From Phycisphaerae bacterium (GTDB lineage Bacteria; Planctomycetota; Phycisphaerae; Sedimentisphaerales; Anaerobacaceae), in assembly GCA_021736645.1 (NCBI GenBank), contig JAIPFM010000051.1:2513-66512 (forward strand): 64,000 nucleotides of DNA. Reading direction: 5' to 3'. Of this stretch, positions 36,743 through 47,530 are shown one piece after another. The notes beneath the pieces were generated by a model. The model saw only the letters and a program-made list of their open reading frames with translations. It was not told the DNA's origin and made no database searches. The position numbers and the translations under genes were made by a program. Position 1 is the stretch's first letter, and each line of letters starts with the position of its first letter.

Positions 36743-39700
36743 ATGAAATCAGGGTTATTATCTGTGTTACTATGTGTTTTTTGCCTATTCACGCCTGCTT
36801 TTTCCCAGGATGTCCAGCAGGCGTTGGTGATCAATGAGGTCCATTATGATCCGGATGTGAAGACCGAACTCGTGGAGTTCATTGAGATCTTCAATCCAGG
36901 ACCATCCAGGGTTTCCTTGAAGGATTGGCAGATCGCCGATGCAGTGGTTTATACCTTTCCAGATGTTGGTATTGAGCCAGACGCATACATGGTGGTGGCA
37001 CAGACGCCTTCATTGGTCCGGAACAAGTGGCATAATTTGGCCGCTAACCAGGTGCTGGGGCCTTTTGAGGGAAAACTGAGCAATCAGGGGGAGCAGGTGA
37101 CATTGATCGATCCGGACGGCATGGTGGTGGATCAGGTGGATTACCAACTTGGATTTCCCTGGCCTACCGTGGGCGTACCCCTGTCCGGGCCCGGTTCAGG
37201 TGCCTCCATTCAACTGGTCAATCCGGATCTGGACAATGATCTGGGGGGGGCATGGCGGTCTGAATCACCCACGCCCGGACAGAGCAACAGCAGGGTATAC
37301 AGCCTCAATGCAGACCTCATGATTCGCCAGGTCAAACATACCCCCAACCAGCCTCTGGCAGACGAAGCAGTGGTGATCTCTGCCAAGATCACGGATCCGG
37401 ACGGTTTCCTGCGCGTGTTCATGCAGTATCAGGTGGTCGAACCCGGACAATATGTGGGCCTGGACCAGATCGAGTATCAGTTGAACTGGGTCATGGTGGA
37501 TATGCATGATGATGGTTTAAATGGTGATGAGCAGGCCGGAGACGGCACGTTTTCAGTGCTCCTGAATGCCGCGATCCAGAAGCACAGACGCCTGATTCGC
37601 TACCGCGTGGGTGCCATTGATACAGGGGGACAGTATTTGACAGTGCCGTATGACGATGATCCCTGCCCGAACTTTGCGTACTTTGTGTATAACGGCGTGC
37701 CCGCCTGGCAGGGGGCTGTCAGGCCCGGCCAGGATAGCCCTGTGGTTTATCATGAACACGTCATGAATTCGCTGCCCGTATATCATCTGATCAGCCGTCA
37801 GGAAGATGTGGAGGCGAGCACCTGGCGCGAGCGATACGGCGGAGACGAATACAAGTGGTGGGGTACTCTGATCTATGACGGAGAGGTGTACGACCACATT
37901 CGGTATCGTGCGCGCGGCGGTGTGTGGCGATATGCCATGGGCAAGAATATGTGGAAGTTTGACTTCAATCACGGCCATTCATTTCAGGCCAGAGATGATT
38001 ACGGCAAGAAGTACAATACCACATGGAGCAAACTGAACCTGTCTGCCTGTATTCAGCAGGGTGACTATGGCAACCGGGGAGAACAGGGTATGTTTGAAGC
38101 GGCCTCCTTCAGGCTGTTCAATATGATGGGGGCGCCTGCGTCCAAGACCCACTGGCTGCAACTGCGTATCATTGACGAGACCGATGAAACCGGTGCCACC
38201 CAGTACGAAGGGGATTACTGGGGCCTGTACATGGCCATTGAACAGATGGACGGCCGTTTTCTGGATGAGCATAAACTGCCGGATGGCAACCTCTATAAAA
38301 TCGAGGGCAGCGGTGTGCTGAATAATCAGGGACCTACGGCAGTGACCAATGGGTCTGATTTGAACAGGTTCATGTCACAATACAGAAATGCCAGCGAACA
38401 GTGGTGGCGAGACAATGTGAACCTGGAGTCCTACTATGGGTATCGCTGTGTGGTTGAGGGTGTGCACCAAGGCGATATCGGGTATGGCAAGAACTATTTC
38501 TTCTACCTGAATCCTGAGACCGGCTTGTGGAGTCAGTTGCCCTGGGATACGGACCTGACCTGGGCAGAGACCATGTATGGCAATGGCCAGGAGCCATTTA
38601 TCAGTCAGGGAAGAATCTTCAACCAGGAAAACCTGGACATCGAGTACAAAAACCGGATGCGTGAATTTCTGGACCTGCTCTACAACCAGGACCAGATGGG
38701 CCAGATGATCGAGGAACTGGCTGCCGTGATTCACGATCCCCATGGCGGGCTGTCGCCTGTGGATGCGGATCGGGCCATGTGGGATTACAATCCAGTGATG
38801 AAGTCCAGTTATGTGAACGGCAGCAAAGCCGGGCAAGGGCGTTTTTACCAGGCTGCTGCAACCCAGGATTTTCCTGGCATGATCCAGCTCATGAAGGATT
38901 ATGTGGAGTATTGCACAAACAACCGGAGAAACTGGATGGGTATGGGTGGCGCCAGCATGACAGACGTTGCCCAGGACAATGCCATCCCTGATACGCCAGT
39001 GATCCGCTATGCGGGCGAGTCCGACTATGCGTCCAACGACCTTTTCTTTGAGGTGTCTCCCTTCAGCGATCCCAAGGGTCAGGCGTCCTTTGCTGCACTT
39101 CAATGGCGCATGGCTGAGGTGGAACCCTTCAGTCATCCTGGTCCGGCTGCGCAGGGTCCGGATTCGACCAGCCCCGGTCATACCCTGATTGATGCACAGG
39201 AGATCTGGAAATATTACAGGGGAGAAAACGCGCCCTCCGGATCCGAGACCCTGTGGCGTGTCCCCGGGTACGATGATGCTTCATGGGATGTCGGCCAGGG
39301 ACCCATCGGCTACGGTGAGGCCTTTGTACAAACCGTGCTGGACGACATGCGATACAATTACACCACCGTGTATCTGCGCAAGGCCTTTACTGTGGACACG
39401 GACGCGCCCATTGAGACCCTGACACTGGAGGTGCGATTTGACGACGCCATCGCCGTCTGGCTCAATGGCACACTGGTGGTCCTGAACAATGTGGCTGAAA
39501 GCGCCCTGGCCTACAATGCCGTGGCCAATGGCAACAATGAAGTCACTGATTTTACCCCGGTTGATCTGACTCCGTTTAGAGACCTTCTTGTTCAGGGCAC
39601 CAATGTGCTGGCAGTACATCTGGTCAATCTGTCATTGACCACCAGCAGCGACTGCTTCTTTGACGCCCGCCTGACCCTGACCGAGGGCGTGGACGATCAT

Positions 39701-40447
39701 TCAACAGACCCTGCATCAGGGCCTCAAACCTCCGTGATTGTGACTGGGAGACGCGGCCACTACGAGATTGATCCAGTCTGGCAGACCGATGACATCACGT
39801 CCTTTGTGGGTCGCATTCAGATACCGTCCTCCGAGGTCACACCCCATGCCACGTATCGTGTCCGCTGTCGCATGAAGGACGACACCGGACGCTGGTCTCA
39901 CTGGTCAGCGCCCGAGCAATTTATGGTGACAGATTCTGTGGCCACGTCCATGCACAGTCAATTGAGAATTACAGAGATCATGTTTAACCCACGCGATCCT
40001 GGCATTGGATCGCCTTATAACAACGATGACTATGAATTCATTGAAGTCACCAATATCGGGTCACAGGTTCTGGATCTCTCTTCCGTGACGTTTACGCAGG
40101 GTATTGACTTTGACTTTATCGAATCAGCCATCACGTCTCTCTCCCCGGGTGACTCCCTGCTGATCGTCGAAAATGTCGATGCCTTTGTGGAGCGATATGG
40201 CACGAGCCTCCAACCCCAGATTGCCGGCGAATTCAAAGGCAAGTTGAGCAATGGTGGGGAGACCCTGCAGGTCGCAGACATGTGGCAGGGCGTGATTCTG
40301 GATTTCACCTATGACGACAAATGGTATTCAGGCACAGACGGTGATGGCTTATCCCTGGAATTGGTCAACGAGGATCTGGGCGCACTCGGACAGGCCGCTG
40401 CCTGGCGAGCCAGTCAGGTCCAGGACGGCACACCGGGCAGTCGTTAA
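36743..40447 (+). CDS. giant secreted LTD-CotH-LTD protein, paralog 2
   Basis: Signal peptide. LTD 'LVINEVHYDPD...EFIEIFNPG'. CotH core with the same 'YHLISRQEDV...RYRARGG' blocks. C-terminal LTD 'LRITEIMFNPRDPG...YEFIEVTNIG'. Confidence 0.85.
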   Translation: MKSGLLSVLLCVFCLFTPAFSQDVQQALVINEVHYDPDVKTELVEFIEIFNPGPSRVSLKDWQIADAVVYTFPDVGIEPDAYMVVAQTPSLVRNKWHNLAANQVLGPFEGKLSNQGEQVTLIDPDGMVVDQVDYQLGFPWPTVGVPLSGPGSGASIQLVNPDLDNDLGGAWRSESPTPGQSNSRVYSLNADLMIRQVKHTPNQPLADEAVVISAKITDPDGFLRVFMQYQVVEPGQYVGLDQIEYQLNWVMVDMHDDGLNGDEQAGDGTFSVLLNAAIQKHRRLIRYRVGAIDTGGQYLTVPYDDDPCPNFAYFVYNGVPAWQGAVRPGQDSPVVYHEHVMNSLPVYHLISRQEDVEASTWRERYGGDEYKWWGTLIYDGEVYDHIRYRARGGVWRYAMGKNMWKFDFNHGHSFQARDDYGKKYNTTWSKLNLSACIQQGDYGNRGEQGMFEAASFRLFNMMGAPASKTHWLQLRIIDETDETGATQYEGDYWGLYMAIEQMDGRFLDEHKLPDGNLYKIEGSGVLNNQGPTAVTNGSDLNRFMSQYRNASEQWWRDNVNLESYYGYRCVVEGVHQGDIGYGKNYFFYLNPETGLWSQLPWDTDLTWAETMYGNGQEPFISQGRIFNQENLDIEYKNRMREFLDLLYNQDQMGQMIEELAAVIHDPHGGLSPVDADRAMWDYNPVMKSSYVNGSKAGQGRFYQAAATQDFPGMIQLMKDYVEYCTNNRRNWMGMGGASMTDVAQDNAIPDTPVIRYAGESDYASNDLFFEVSPFSDPKGQASFAALQWRMAEVEPFSHPGPAAQGPDSTSPGHTLIDAQEIWKYYRGENAPSGSETLWRVPGYDDASWDVGQGPIGYGEAFVQTVLDDMRYNYTTVYLRKAFTVDTDAPIETLTLEVRFDDAIAVWLNGTLVVLNNVAESALAYNAVANGNNEVTDFTPVDLTPFRDLLVQGTNVLAVHLVNLSLTTSSDCFFDARLTLTEGVDDHSTDPASGPQTSVIVTGRRGHYEIDPVWQTDDITSFVGRIQIPSSEVTPHATYRVRCRMKDDTGRWSHWSAPEQFMVTDSVATSMHSQLRITEIMFNPRDPGIGSPYNNDDYEFIEVTNIGSQVLDLSSVTFTQGIDFDFIESAITSLSPGDSLLIVENVDAFVERYGTSLQPQIAGEFKGKLSNGGETLQVADMWQGVILDFTYDDKWYSGTDGDGLSLELVNEDLGALGQAAAWRASQVQDGTPGSR

Positions 40448-40770
40448 TTCACCAACATGCCGCAACCAGATTTTGCCCAGTGAGGCATAACCCGTTGACA
40501 AGCTGTCTCTCTTGTTGGGCAGTTCTCCGTTGTCTTGGAGATTCAACCTGGAACCAAAAGCTGCGTGAAAACCTGCCGTTTCATGTCTCATCAAAGGCCG
40601 CCCCCCGGCTCCGGGCCGACACGAGGGGCGGGGTATGGGGGAATGTCGGGAGGCGATCACCTTGAAAAACACTTGCAGAAACTCAGTTTCACTGTTACGC
40701 TTTAGGTCTTTTATCGAAAGTCAAATTGTAGGTAATGAGTGATTGGGTCTTTAGTTTACGGGAATTTTCA

Positions 40771-42786
40771 ATGAGTGGAACAAAACTGGACAAAGCAAAA
40801 TTAGACAGATTGTGTATTGACACGATTCGTTTTCTGGCAGCAGAGGGCGTTCAAAAGGCCAAGTCCGGACATCCGGGTATGCCTATTGGTATGGCGCCGA
40901 CCGCGTATGTGCTGTTCAAGAACATCATGAAACACAATCCGGCCAATCCCAGGTGGATCAATCGAGACCGCTTTATCCTGTCCGGCGGCCATGGGAGTAT
41001 GCTGCTCTATTCCATGCTATATCTGTGCGGATATGACTGGGCGCTGGAGGATCTCAAGAATTTCCGTCAGTTGAAAAGTAAGACTGCGGGCCATCCTGAA
41101 TTTGATCTGGACCTGGGCATTGAAGTCACCACCGGTCCTTTGGGCCAGGGATTTTCCAATGGCGTGGGTATGGCCATTGCTCAGAAGTATCTGGCCAGCC
41201 AGTTCAACAGGGATGGCTTCCCCATCTTTGACTACAACATTTATGCGCTTTGCGGTGACGGTGACCTTCAAGAGGGCATTTCTTCTGAAGCGGCCTCTCT
41301 GGCAGGGCACCTCGGCCTGGACAATCTGGTGGTGGTGTACGATGACAACCGCATCACCATTGATGGTGACACCAGTCTTTCCTTTACGGAAGATGTGGCC
41401 AAACGTTTTGAAGCCTATCACTGGAATGTCATTGTCATGAATGGAGACGGCACAGAGATTGACGCCATTCAAGCGGCGATTGAAAGCGGAACCGCTCAGA
41501 CCGGCAAGCCCACCTTGATCAAACTCAAGGGCCACATTGCCTATGGCGCTCCCAATAAACAGGATACCCATGGGGCTCATGGTTCACCCTTGGGTGATGA
41601 TGAGATCCGTTTGATGAAAGAAAGCTTTGGATGGGACCCCAACACCAGTTTTTACGTGCCGGATGAAGTCAAGGCTCACATGGGCGACTGTGTGACACAG
41701 GGCAAGGCCACTCAGGCCGAGTGGGAGGCCATGTTCGCTGAGTATACCAACACCTACCCTGATCTGGCCAGGCAGATTACAGAGGCCCAGGCCGGTAAAT
41801 TACCGGTGAATCTGGATGATGTGCTGCCCACCTTTGAACCAGGGACGTCTCTGGCCACGCGATCAGCCTCAGGCACAATACTGGCTGCAGTGATGCCGCA
41901 TCTTCCGCTGATATTGGGTGGTTCCGCGGACCTGACCCCATCCAACAACACCTGGTTTGAAGGGGCCAAGGATTTCCAGAAGGGCAGTTTTGACGGCCGG
42001 TACATCCGGTTCGGTATACGCGAACATGCCATGGGCGCTATTTTGAATGCGATCTCAGTGAGCGGACTGGTGAGGGCCTACGGCGGTACGTTCATGGTGT
42101 TCAGTGATTATATGCGGGGTGCCATTCGCGTGGCCGCCATTTCCAAATACCCCAGTATCTTTGTGCTGACACATGACAGTATTGGCGTGGGCGAGGATGG
42201 CCCGACCCATCAGCCTGTGGAGCACATTGCGGCATTGCGAGCGATCCCCAATCTGTTGACCTTCCGCCCTGCAGATGCCAATGAAACCGTGCAGATGTGG
42301 AAGTACGTGCTGGAACATACAGATGGCCCTGTGGCCCTGTGTCTGACGCGTCAGAATCTGCCGACCCTGGATCAAGCCAAATACGGCTCAGCCAAGGGCC
42401 TGACCAAGGGCGCGTATGTGCTGGTCAAGGCCGATAAACCGGATGTGATACTCCTGGCCACCGGATCAGAGGTCGAGCTGGCATTGAAGGCCGCTGAGAC
42501 CCTGGCCACGGACGATATCAAGGCTCAGGTGGTGAGTATGCCATGTTGGGAATTGTTCGAACAGCAAGGCCAGGCCTACAAGGATAAGGTCCTTCCGCCT
42601 TCCTGTAAGGCCAGAGTGGGTGTGGAGGCTCAGGTCGAACTGGGTTGGCACAAGTATATCGGAGATAATGGCCTCTTTATTGGCATGTCGGGCTTTGGGA
42701 TCTCTGGACCCCAGGCCCAGGTCTTTGATGCCTTTGGTATTACCGCTGACGCTGTGGTCAAGGCGGCCAAGAGTCTGGTGGGGTAA
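40771..42786 (+). CDS. tkt: transketolase
   Basis: 'SGHPGMPIGMAPTAYVLF' ThDP-binding N-terminus and 'GEDGPTHQPVEH' motif. Full three-domain length. Confidence 0.95.
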   Translation: MSGTKLDKAKLDRLCIDTIRFLAAEGVQKAKSGHPGMPIGMAPTAYVLFKNIMKHNPANPRWINRDRFILSGGHGSMLLYSMLYLCGYDWALEDLKNFRQLKSKTAGHPEFDLDLGIEVTTGPLGQGFSNGVGMAIAQKYLASQFNRDGFPIFDYNIYALCGDGDLQEGISSEAASLAGHLGLDNLVVVYDDNRITIDGDTSLSFTEDVAKRFEAYHWNVIVMNGDGTEIDAIQAAIESGTAQTGKPTLIKLKGHIAYGAPNKQDTHGAHGSPLGDDEIRLMKESFGWDPNTSFYVPDEVKAHMGDCVTQGKATQAEWEAMFAEYTNTYPDLARQITEAQAGKLPVNLDDVLPTFEPGTSLATRSASGTILAAVMPHLPLILGGSADLTPSNNTWFEGAKDFQKGSFDGRYIRFGIREHAMGAILNAISVSGLVRAYGGTFMVFSDYMRGAIRVAAISKYPSIFVLTHDSIGVGEDGPTHQPVEHIAALRAIPNLLTFRPADANETVQMWKYVLEHTDGPVALCLTRQNLPTLDQAKYGSAKGLTKGAYVLVKADKPDVILLATGSEVELALKAAETLATDDIKAQVVSMPCWELFEQQGQAYKDKVLPPSCKARVGVEAQVELGWHKYIGDNGLFIGMSGFGISGPQAQVFDAFGITADAVVKAAKSLVG

Positions 42787-42821
42787 CGCTTTTACGAAGC
42801 GTGGTTTATCAAGTAATGTGA

Positions 42822-42851
42822 GGCAGGCCGTTTTGGGGCCTGCCTTTTTTT
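42822..42851 (+). terminator. rho-independent terminator of tkt
   Basis: GGCAGGCC-GTTTTGG-GGCCTGCC followed by a run of eight T. Confidence 0.8.
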
Positions 42852-43000
42852 GTGTCCATGGTTTGATTCTCTCGCAATGTTTGCAGGATCATGCATTGTT
42901 TGGCATACTTTATAGAATGTGGACTCCTTTGAATCAGAGAGTCCCGTTCGTATGTAAGGCGGAATAGTGTACTCGAATTCATTCAAGTCCGGGGGAAAGC

Positions 43001-44320
43001 GTGAATCACAAAGTCTTCATGAATTGCGACGATTTTATCACGGACGCAGAGTTGCTCAGCCAAAAGGTGAGGGAGCTGGACCTTGCCAAGACGGAGTTTC
43101 TGTCGGGTATCAGCCAAGCGGTGCACTCCACCATGAATGGTGTCATAGGCATGCTCGACATCGTTTTGGATGAGACGGTCTCTGATAAAATAAAAGACTG
43201 CCTGTACACGGCCAGATCTTCAGCCAATGGTCTGGTCTCTATGATGCACGATATTGTGGATATCTCGGGCATTGAGACAGGAGAGATTCAGGTGGAACGT
43301 AGTCACTGCTTGCTCAGTGACGTGCTGCTCGATATAGAGAGCGTGATGGACTCTCATATCCTCGAAGCCTGTAGTGCCTTTGAGATGACACTCGTTGGGC
43401 CTGTTCCTGAAACCCTGTATACAGACCCGGTTCGACTCAGACAATGTCTGTTTGACATTCTCAACAGCACTGCCAGAAAGTTGAAGAGCGATAAAGTCAC
43501 ATTGGTTGTTTCTTCTGAACTGGGCACAGAGGAGTCGTGGCTCCATTTTGAGGTGACCAACCACTGCTACCACCGTCGTAGTGATGACGCGGACGCATAT
43601 CACCGCCTGTGTCAGGACTATCGAACGCGCCTTGAGGCAATTGTGAACCAGGAAGACCTCATATATGACAGGCCAAGCAGTGTGGATTTGGGTCTTATGG
43701 TTGCCCGTCAACTCAGTGAGTTATTGGGAGGACGGCTGTCTTTCAAGAGTGAGGTGAACAGGTCTTTAGGTTTGTCTTTGGCCATTCCTTTTGGCCTCGG
43801 CAGCCATCCTGTGAAAATGATTACCGAACTGAGCCGAGGGAAGCCCGGCTCCCAGGTTCTCCGTAAAAACCGGACGATCTCGTTTCAGGGAAATGTGCTG
43901 CTGGCTGATGATGATTTAATCGACCAGCGTTTGATTGCCACGATATTAAGAAAATTCGGTCTGAATGTAACGGTGGTCAATGGTGGGTTTGAAGCCTTGA
44001 AACAGGGACGCATGGGCAATTACGATATCATGATCCTGGACATGATAATGCCGGATATGAATGGCAGTGAAGTCGCCTGCCGACTCAGGGGACAGGGCCT
44101 CGATATTCCGATCGTGACCGTCACGGGCAGCACCCGGAAGCTGGATATTGACGCGTGCCTGTCTTCCGGCTCCAACGAACATCTGGCCAAGCCAGTGGAC
44201 GCGGAACCCCTGGCACGTGTGCTGGCAAAGTATCTCGCATCCAATGATCTGGCAGACCCTATATCAGTGCCATCCGACGCAGAACCGTGTACTTTGGCAG
44301 GGACACCTCAAGGCGGATAA
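43001..44320 (+). CDS. hybrid sensor-kinase-like protein (degenerate HisKA/HATPase plus intact C-terminal receiver domain)
   Basis: The 'FLSGISQAVHSTMNGVIGM' block aligns to HisKA 'MSHEIRTPMNGVIGM' but has Gln at the His position. G2-like 'DLGLMVARQLSELLGG'. REC domain 'LLADDD...IMILDMIMP...LAKPV'. Confidence 0.7.
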   Translation: MNHKVFMNCDDFITDAELLSQKVRELDLAKTEFLSGISQAVHSTMNGVIGMLDIVLDETVSDKIKDCLYTARSSANGLVSMMHDIVDISGIETGEIQVERSHCLLSDVLLDIESVMDSHILEACSAFEMTLVGPVPETLYTDPVRLRQCLFDILNSTARKLKSDKVTLVVSSELGTEESWLHFEVTNHCYHRRSDDADAYHRLCQDYRTRLEAIVNQEDLIYDRPSSVDLGLMVARQLSELLGGRLSFKSEVNRSLGLSLAIPFGLGSHPVKMITELSRGKPGSQVLRKNRTISFQGNVLLADDDLIDQRLIATILRKFGLNVTVVNGGFEALKQGRMGNYDIMILDMIMPDMNGSEVACRLRGQGLDIPIVTVTGSTRKLDIDACLSSGSNEHLAKPVDAEPLARVLAKYLASNDLADPISVPSDAEPCTLAGTPQGG

Positions 44321-45461
44321 ACTGTGAATTGTTGGCCACATCCACGACCTTGCCATACTGATCGATCAAGGGATCAGGCAAGGTCAGTGCCGACAGATTA
44401 CCATCAGGTGTGAGCACTTCCAGTGTGTCGCCCGGTTGCATGGTATTGCGAACCTCCACAAGGCATCGCCCCTGGTCGTCACAATCACAGACATTGCCCA
44501 CAAATCTGGCCGTACCCTTTGAACCGCTGCGTTCCAGGCTGTAGTCGTCCGGTGTAATGCATCCCTTCATAAAGCCTGTGGAGTAGCCACGATTCGGAAT
44601 TCGCGCCAGCAGCGTACCCGCGTCTTCTCTTGAGAATTCACGGCCGTCAATCACCTGTCTGTAAAAGGCCACGGTGCTGGCAATGTAGTGAATGGACTTC
44701 ATGCGTCCTTCAATTTTAAAGCTCTGCACGCCAGCCCGGGCCATGGCCGGGATAAACTCGTACAGGGCAAGATCCTTGTTGTGAAACAGATACAATCCCC
44801 GATCATCTTCAAACACAGGCATGTATTCACCAGGTCGCTTCTCCTCCATCAAGGTGTAGCTCCACCGGCAGGGATGCTTGCATTCCCCGTGATTCGCACG
44901 GAAGCCTGTGAGATAGTCACTGATGGCACAGCGTCCCGAATAGGAGAAGCACACAGCGCCGTGCACAAAGACTTCCGTGTCGATCACACCTGCCACCTGG
45001 GCCTGTATGGCCTCAATGCGCTGCAGGGATAATTCCCGGGCCAGATTTACACGTGTGGCGCCCAGCGATGCATACGCCAGGGCGGCCTGGGCACTGACCG
45101 TGTTGGCCTGGGTGCTGATATGTATCGCTGCCTTGAGTCCCATGTTGGCCACCATGGTCAGCACACCCAGATCGGCCACGATCAGGGCGTCTACTCCCAT
45201 GTCATCCAGGGCACCGGCAGTGGCTTGAACCTGATCATACTCTTCTGAAAAGGGGTAGATATTGAGCGTGACATAGCCCTTGCGATCCTGTTCATGCAGA
45301 TAGGCCAGCCCCTGGGCCGCCTCGTCCAGGGTCAAGTTGCCTGCAAAGCTCCGCAGGGAGCCGAACTCCGTGCCAAAATACACGGCGTCCGCGCCATAGG
45401 CCACGGCCCACTTGAGTTTTTCCAGGGTACCTGCTGGGGCAAGGAGTTCGGGTTTTGTCAT
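44259..45461 (-). CDS. peptidase U32 family protein
   Basis: 'LLAPAGTLEKLKWAVAYGADAVYFG' is the canonical U32 N-terminus. Confidence 0.85.
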   Translation of the reverse strand: MTKPELLAPAGTLEKLKWAVAYGADAVYFGTEFGSLRSFAGNLTLDEAAQGLAYLHEQDRKGYVTLNIYPFSEEYDQVQATAGALDDMGVDALIVADLGVLTMVANMGLKAAIHISTQANTVSAQAALAYASLGATRVNLARELSLQRIEAIQAQVAGVIDTEVFVHGAVCFSYSGRCAISDYLTGFRANHGECKHPCRWSYTLMEEKRPGEYMPVFEDDRGLYLFHNKDLALYEFIPAMARAGVQSFKIEGRMKSIHYIASTVAFYRQVIDGREFSREDAGTLLARIPNRGYSTGFMKGCITPDDYSLERSGSKGTARFVGNVCDCDDQGRCLVEVRNTMQPGDTLEVLTPDGNLSALTLPDPLIDQYGKVVDVANNSQFIRLEVSLPKYTVLRRMALI

Positions 45462-46600
45462 GAGATCATGTCCAGTGCAATGCGGGCCACTGTGTCAGCC
45501 GTGTTTTGCCGGGCCAGAGGTTGTGTGATGCTGATCAGGTCGCGGCTGGTCTGTGCCAGTTGTACGGGATCTTGAATCAGGGCCAGTGACCTGTCCACAA
45601 TCGGGTCAATACTCGTAAAGTACGGCATGAATTCTGGCACCAGTTCTCGATTTGCGAGAATATTGACAAGAGACATGTGTCGTGTCTTGATCATCCAACG
45701 TGCCACCAGGTGCCAACCCAGGCGACTGGCCTGATACATCACACACATGGGGCATCCTGCTGTGGCCACCTCCACAGTGGCACTGCCGCTTGCCACCAGA
45801 CAGAAATCCATGCGCATGGCAGTCTCTCTGACTGAGTCCACTGTATACTCGCATGCGAATCCAGGTATCTCACTGGCTGCGAGTGTTTGCCGTCTGTCTT
45901 CGTCTGCTGCCACCACCGTAAATGTTGCCTGCGGAAGTTTTTCAGTTATCCTGAGTGCTATCTCTTGCATAGGCTGCCACAGAGTCTGGATCTCAGCAGA
46001 GCGTGATCCAGGCATCAAGGCAATCCTGACTTGATTGGGATCAAAGTCTGCGTAGTCTCTGATGCGGGGCGTGAGATCCTGTGTCACGCCATCCAGCAAC
46101 GGATTGGACACAAACACAGCATCCATACCTCGTTCCTTGAACCAGGCCTCTTCAAACGGCAGAATGCAGCACAGCTTGTCACAACATCGCTTGAGCTTGT
46201 GTATGCGCCATGCAGCCCAGGCCCACAGTTGAGGTGCCACATAGAATAGGGTCTGGATGCCTGCCTTTTTTGCAGCCTTGGCCACATGGAAGTTGAATGA
46301 GGGTGAATCACACACAATCACCAGGTCCACTGACTCCTCTCGAAACAGGGTCTTGATGCGTTTCAGAACCTTCCAGAAATACGCCACTTCCTTGAACGCA
46401 TTGTGCAGCATACTGGCCTTGGCAGACGTATTCTCAAGAAGCTGACATCCTGCGGCAGCCATCTTGGGCCCGCCAATGCCCACAAACTGGATGGACGTAT
46501 CCAGTCTCCGGCATGCCTTGATCAGATTGGCGCAGTGTCGTTCTCCACTCGGCTCAGCTGCACTCACAAAGATTCGAATCGGATTTTTTGTCTCAGTCAT
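45458..46600 (-). CDS. lpxB: lipid-A-disaccharide synthase
   Basis: 'RIFVSAAEPSGERHCANLIKACRRL...FVGIGGPKMAAAG' matches LpxB blocks. The ATG at 46600 is preferred over the long upstream extension. Overlaps the downstream U32 gene by 4 bp. Confidence 0.8.
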   Translation of the reverse strand: MTETKNPIRIFVSAAEPSGERHCANLIKACRRLDTSIQFVGIGGPKMAAAGCQLLENTSAKASMLHNAFKEVAYFWKVLKRIKTLFREESVDLVIVCDSPSFNFHVAKAAKKAGIQTLFYVAPQLWAWAAWRIHKLKRCCDKLCCILPFEEAWFKERGMDAVFVSNPLLDGVTQDLTPRIRDYADFDPNQVRIALMPGSRSAEIQTLWQPMQEIALRITEKLPQATFTVVAADEDRRQTLAASEIPGFACEYTVDSVRETAMRMDFCLVASGSATVEVATAGCPMCVMYQASRLGWHLVARWMIKTRHMSLVNILANRELVPEFMPYFTSIDPIVDRSLALIQDPVQLAQTSRDLISITQPLARQNTADTVARIALDMIS

Positions 46601-47002
46601 ACTGTCCTTGGGAAAGAGGCTCATATTAAAGGGGCTATTGTACATGGTTTCTGCAAAAAAGCAACTCATGGAAACGTAGAAGCTACCAGGGGTAGCAGCA
46701 TGCTTTGAGATCGGATTCCAGCATGCCAGCAGCAGTACAGAGGCATGGAACATGCACTGATGTTGATTGTCGGTGCTGCACGGTTTATATGCAGACACGA
46801 CCTGAGACGGCATTGTCGCCTCAGGTCGTGTCAATTGAAGCCAAAAGCCCTGCTGCAAAGCCATACGCAGGTCTAGTGGCATGCTGCTGTCATGTTCACT
46901 GTCAACCCGGCACCCCTGGCATTGGCCTGCACGACAAGGCAAAAATGCCCGCTATCCGAGTCGTGTCACGCGATTGGTGTCTGGCCGGGCCAAGCGATAC
47001 CG

Positions 47003-47530
47003 TTATTGACCAGCCCCTCTTTGTCCGCCTCTTTGTCCGCCTCGGGCGCCGAATCCTTGACCGCTGGCCCGGCCAATCAGCCTCTGGATAAGCTGACTTG
47101 TGTTTGTGGCCTGCTCTGTGGTGGCCGCTTCCTGCATTGACTTCAGTTCAGTGGTGCTGACGATGACATACTGCACGCCTTCTTCCTCAGGCGCCCTGCG
47201 TCCCTGGAGTTTGTAAACATCGGCCAAGATGGATTGGAATACCTTCTGCTGCGCCTCGCGAGCCGCGGTCATCTGTTCTCTGAATGCGGTTCTCTCTGTC
47301 TCAGACATGTCAGCAAATCCGCCTGCAGCCCGTGGTCTCTGGCGTGCCTCTTTGAGTTTCGCAAGCTGAGCTTCAATTGATTCGATTGCTTTGATGCGGT
47401 CCTCCTGGGTCAAACGAGGTCCTCTGGCGCCTCTTTGTTGTGGCTGGCCCAATGCAGAAAAGACCACTGTCAGAACCATTGAAACAGCAACCATTGAAAT
47501 AAGATACCTCTTCATAATACTGACCTCCAA
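47003..47530 (-). CDS. secreted hypothetical protein (helical, Spy/CpxP-like composition), Gly/Arg-rich tail
   Basis: Signal peptide; charged helical repeats ending in 'GARGGQRGGQRGAGQ'. No specific motif. Confidence 0.4.
   Translation of the reverse strand: MEVSIMKRYLISMVAVSMVLTVVFSALGQPQQRGARGPRLTQEDRIKAIESIEAQLAKLKEARQRPRAAGGFADMSETERTAFREQMTAAREAQQKVFQSILADVYKLQGRRAPEEEGVQYVIVSTTELKSMQEAATTEQATNTSQLIQRLIGRASGQGFGARGGQRGGQRGAGQ

Noticed and set aside
40735-40770. 12-codon N-terminal extension of tkt
   Set aside because: The transketolase conserved N-terminus starts at 'MSGTKLDKAK...'; the upstream Met lacks an RBS.
45458-46942. 494-aa extended lpxB ORF
   Set aside because: The upstream 114 codons have no LpxB similarity (Cys/Gln-rich, no RBS). 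The LpxB-like sequence begins at the Met at 46600.
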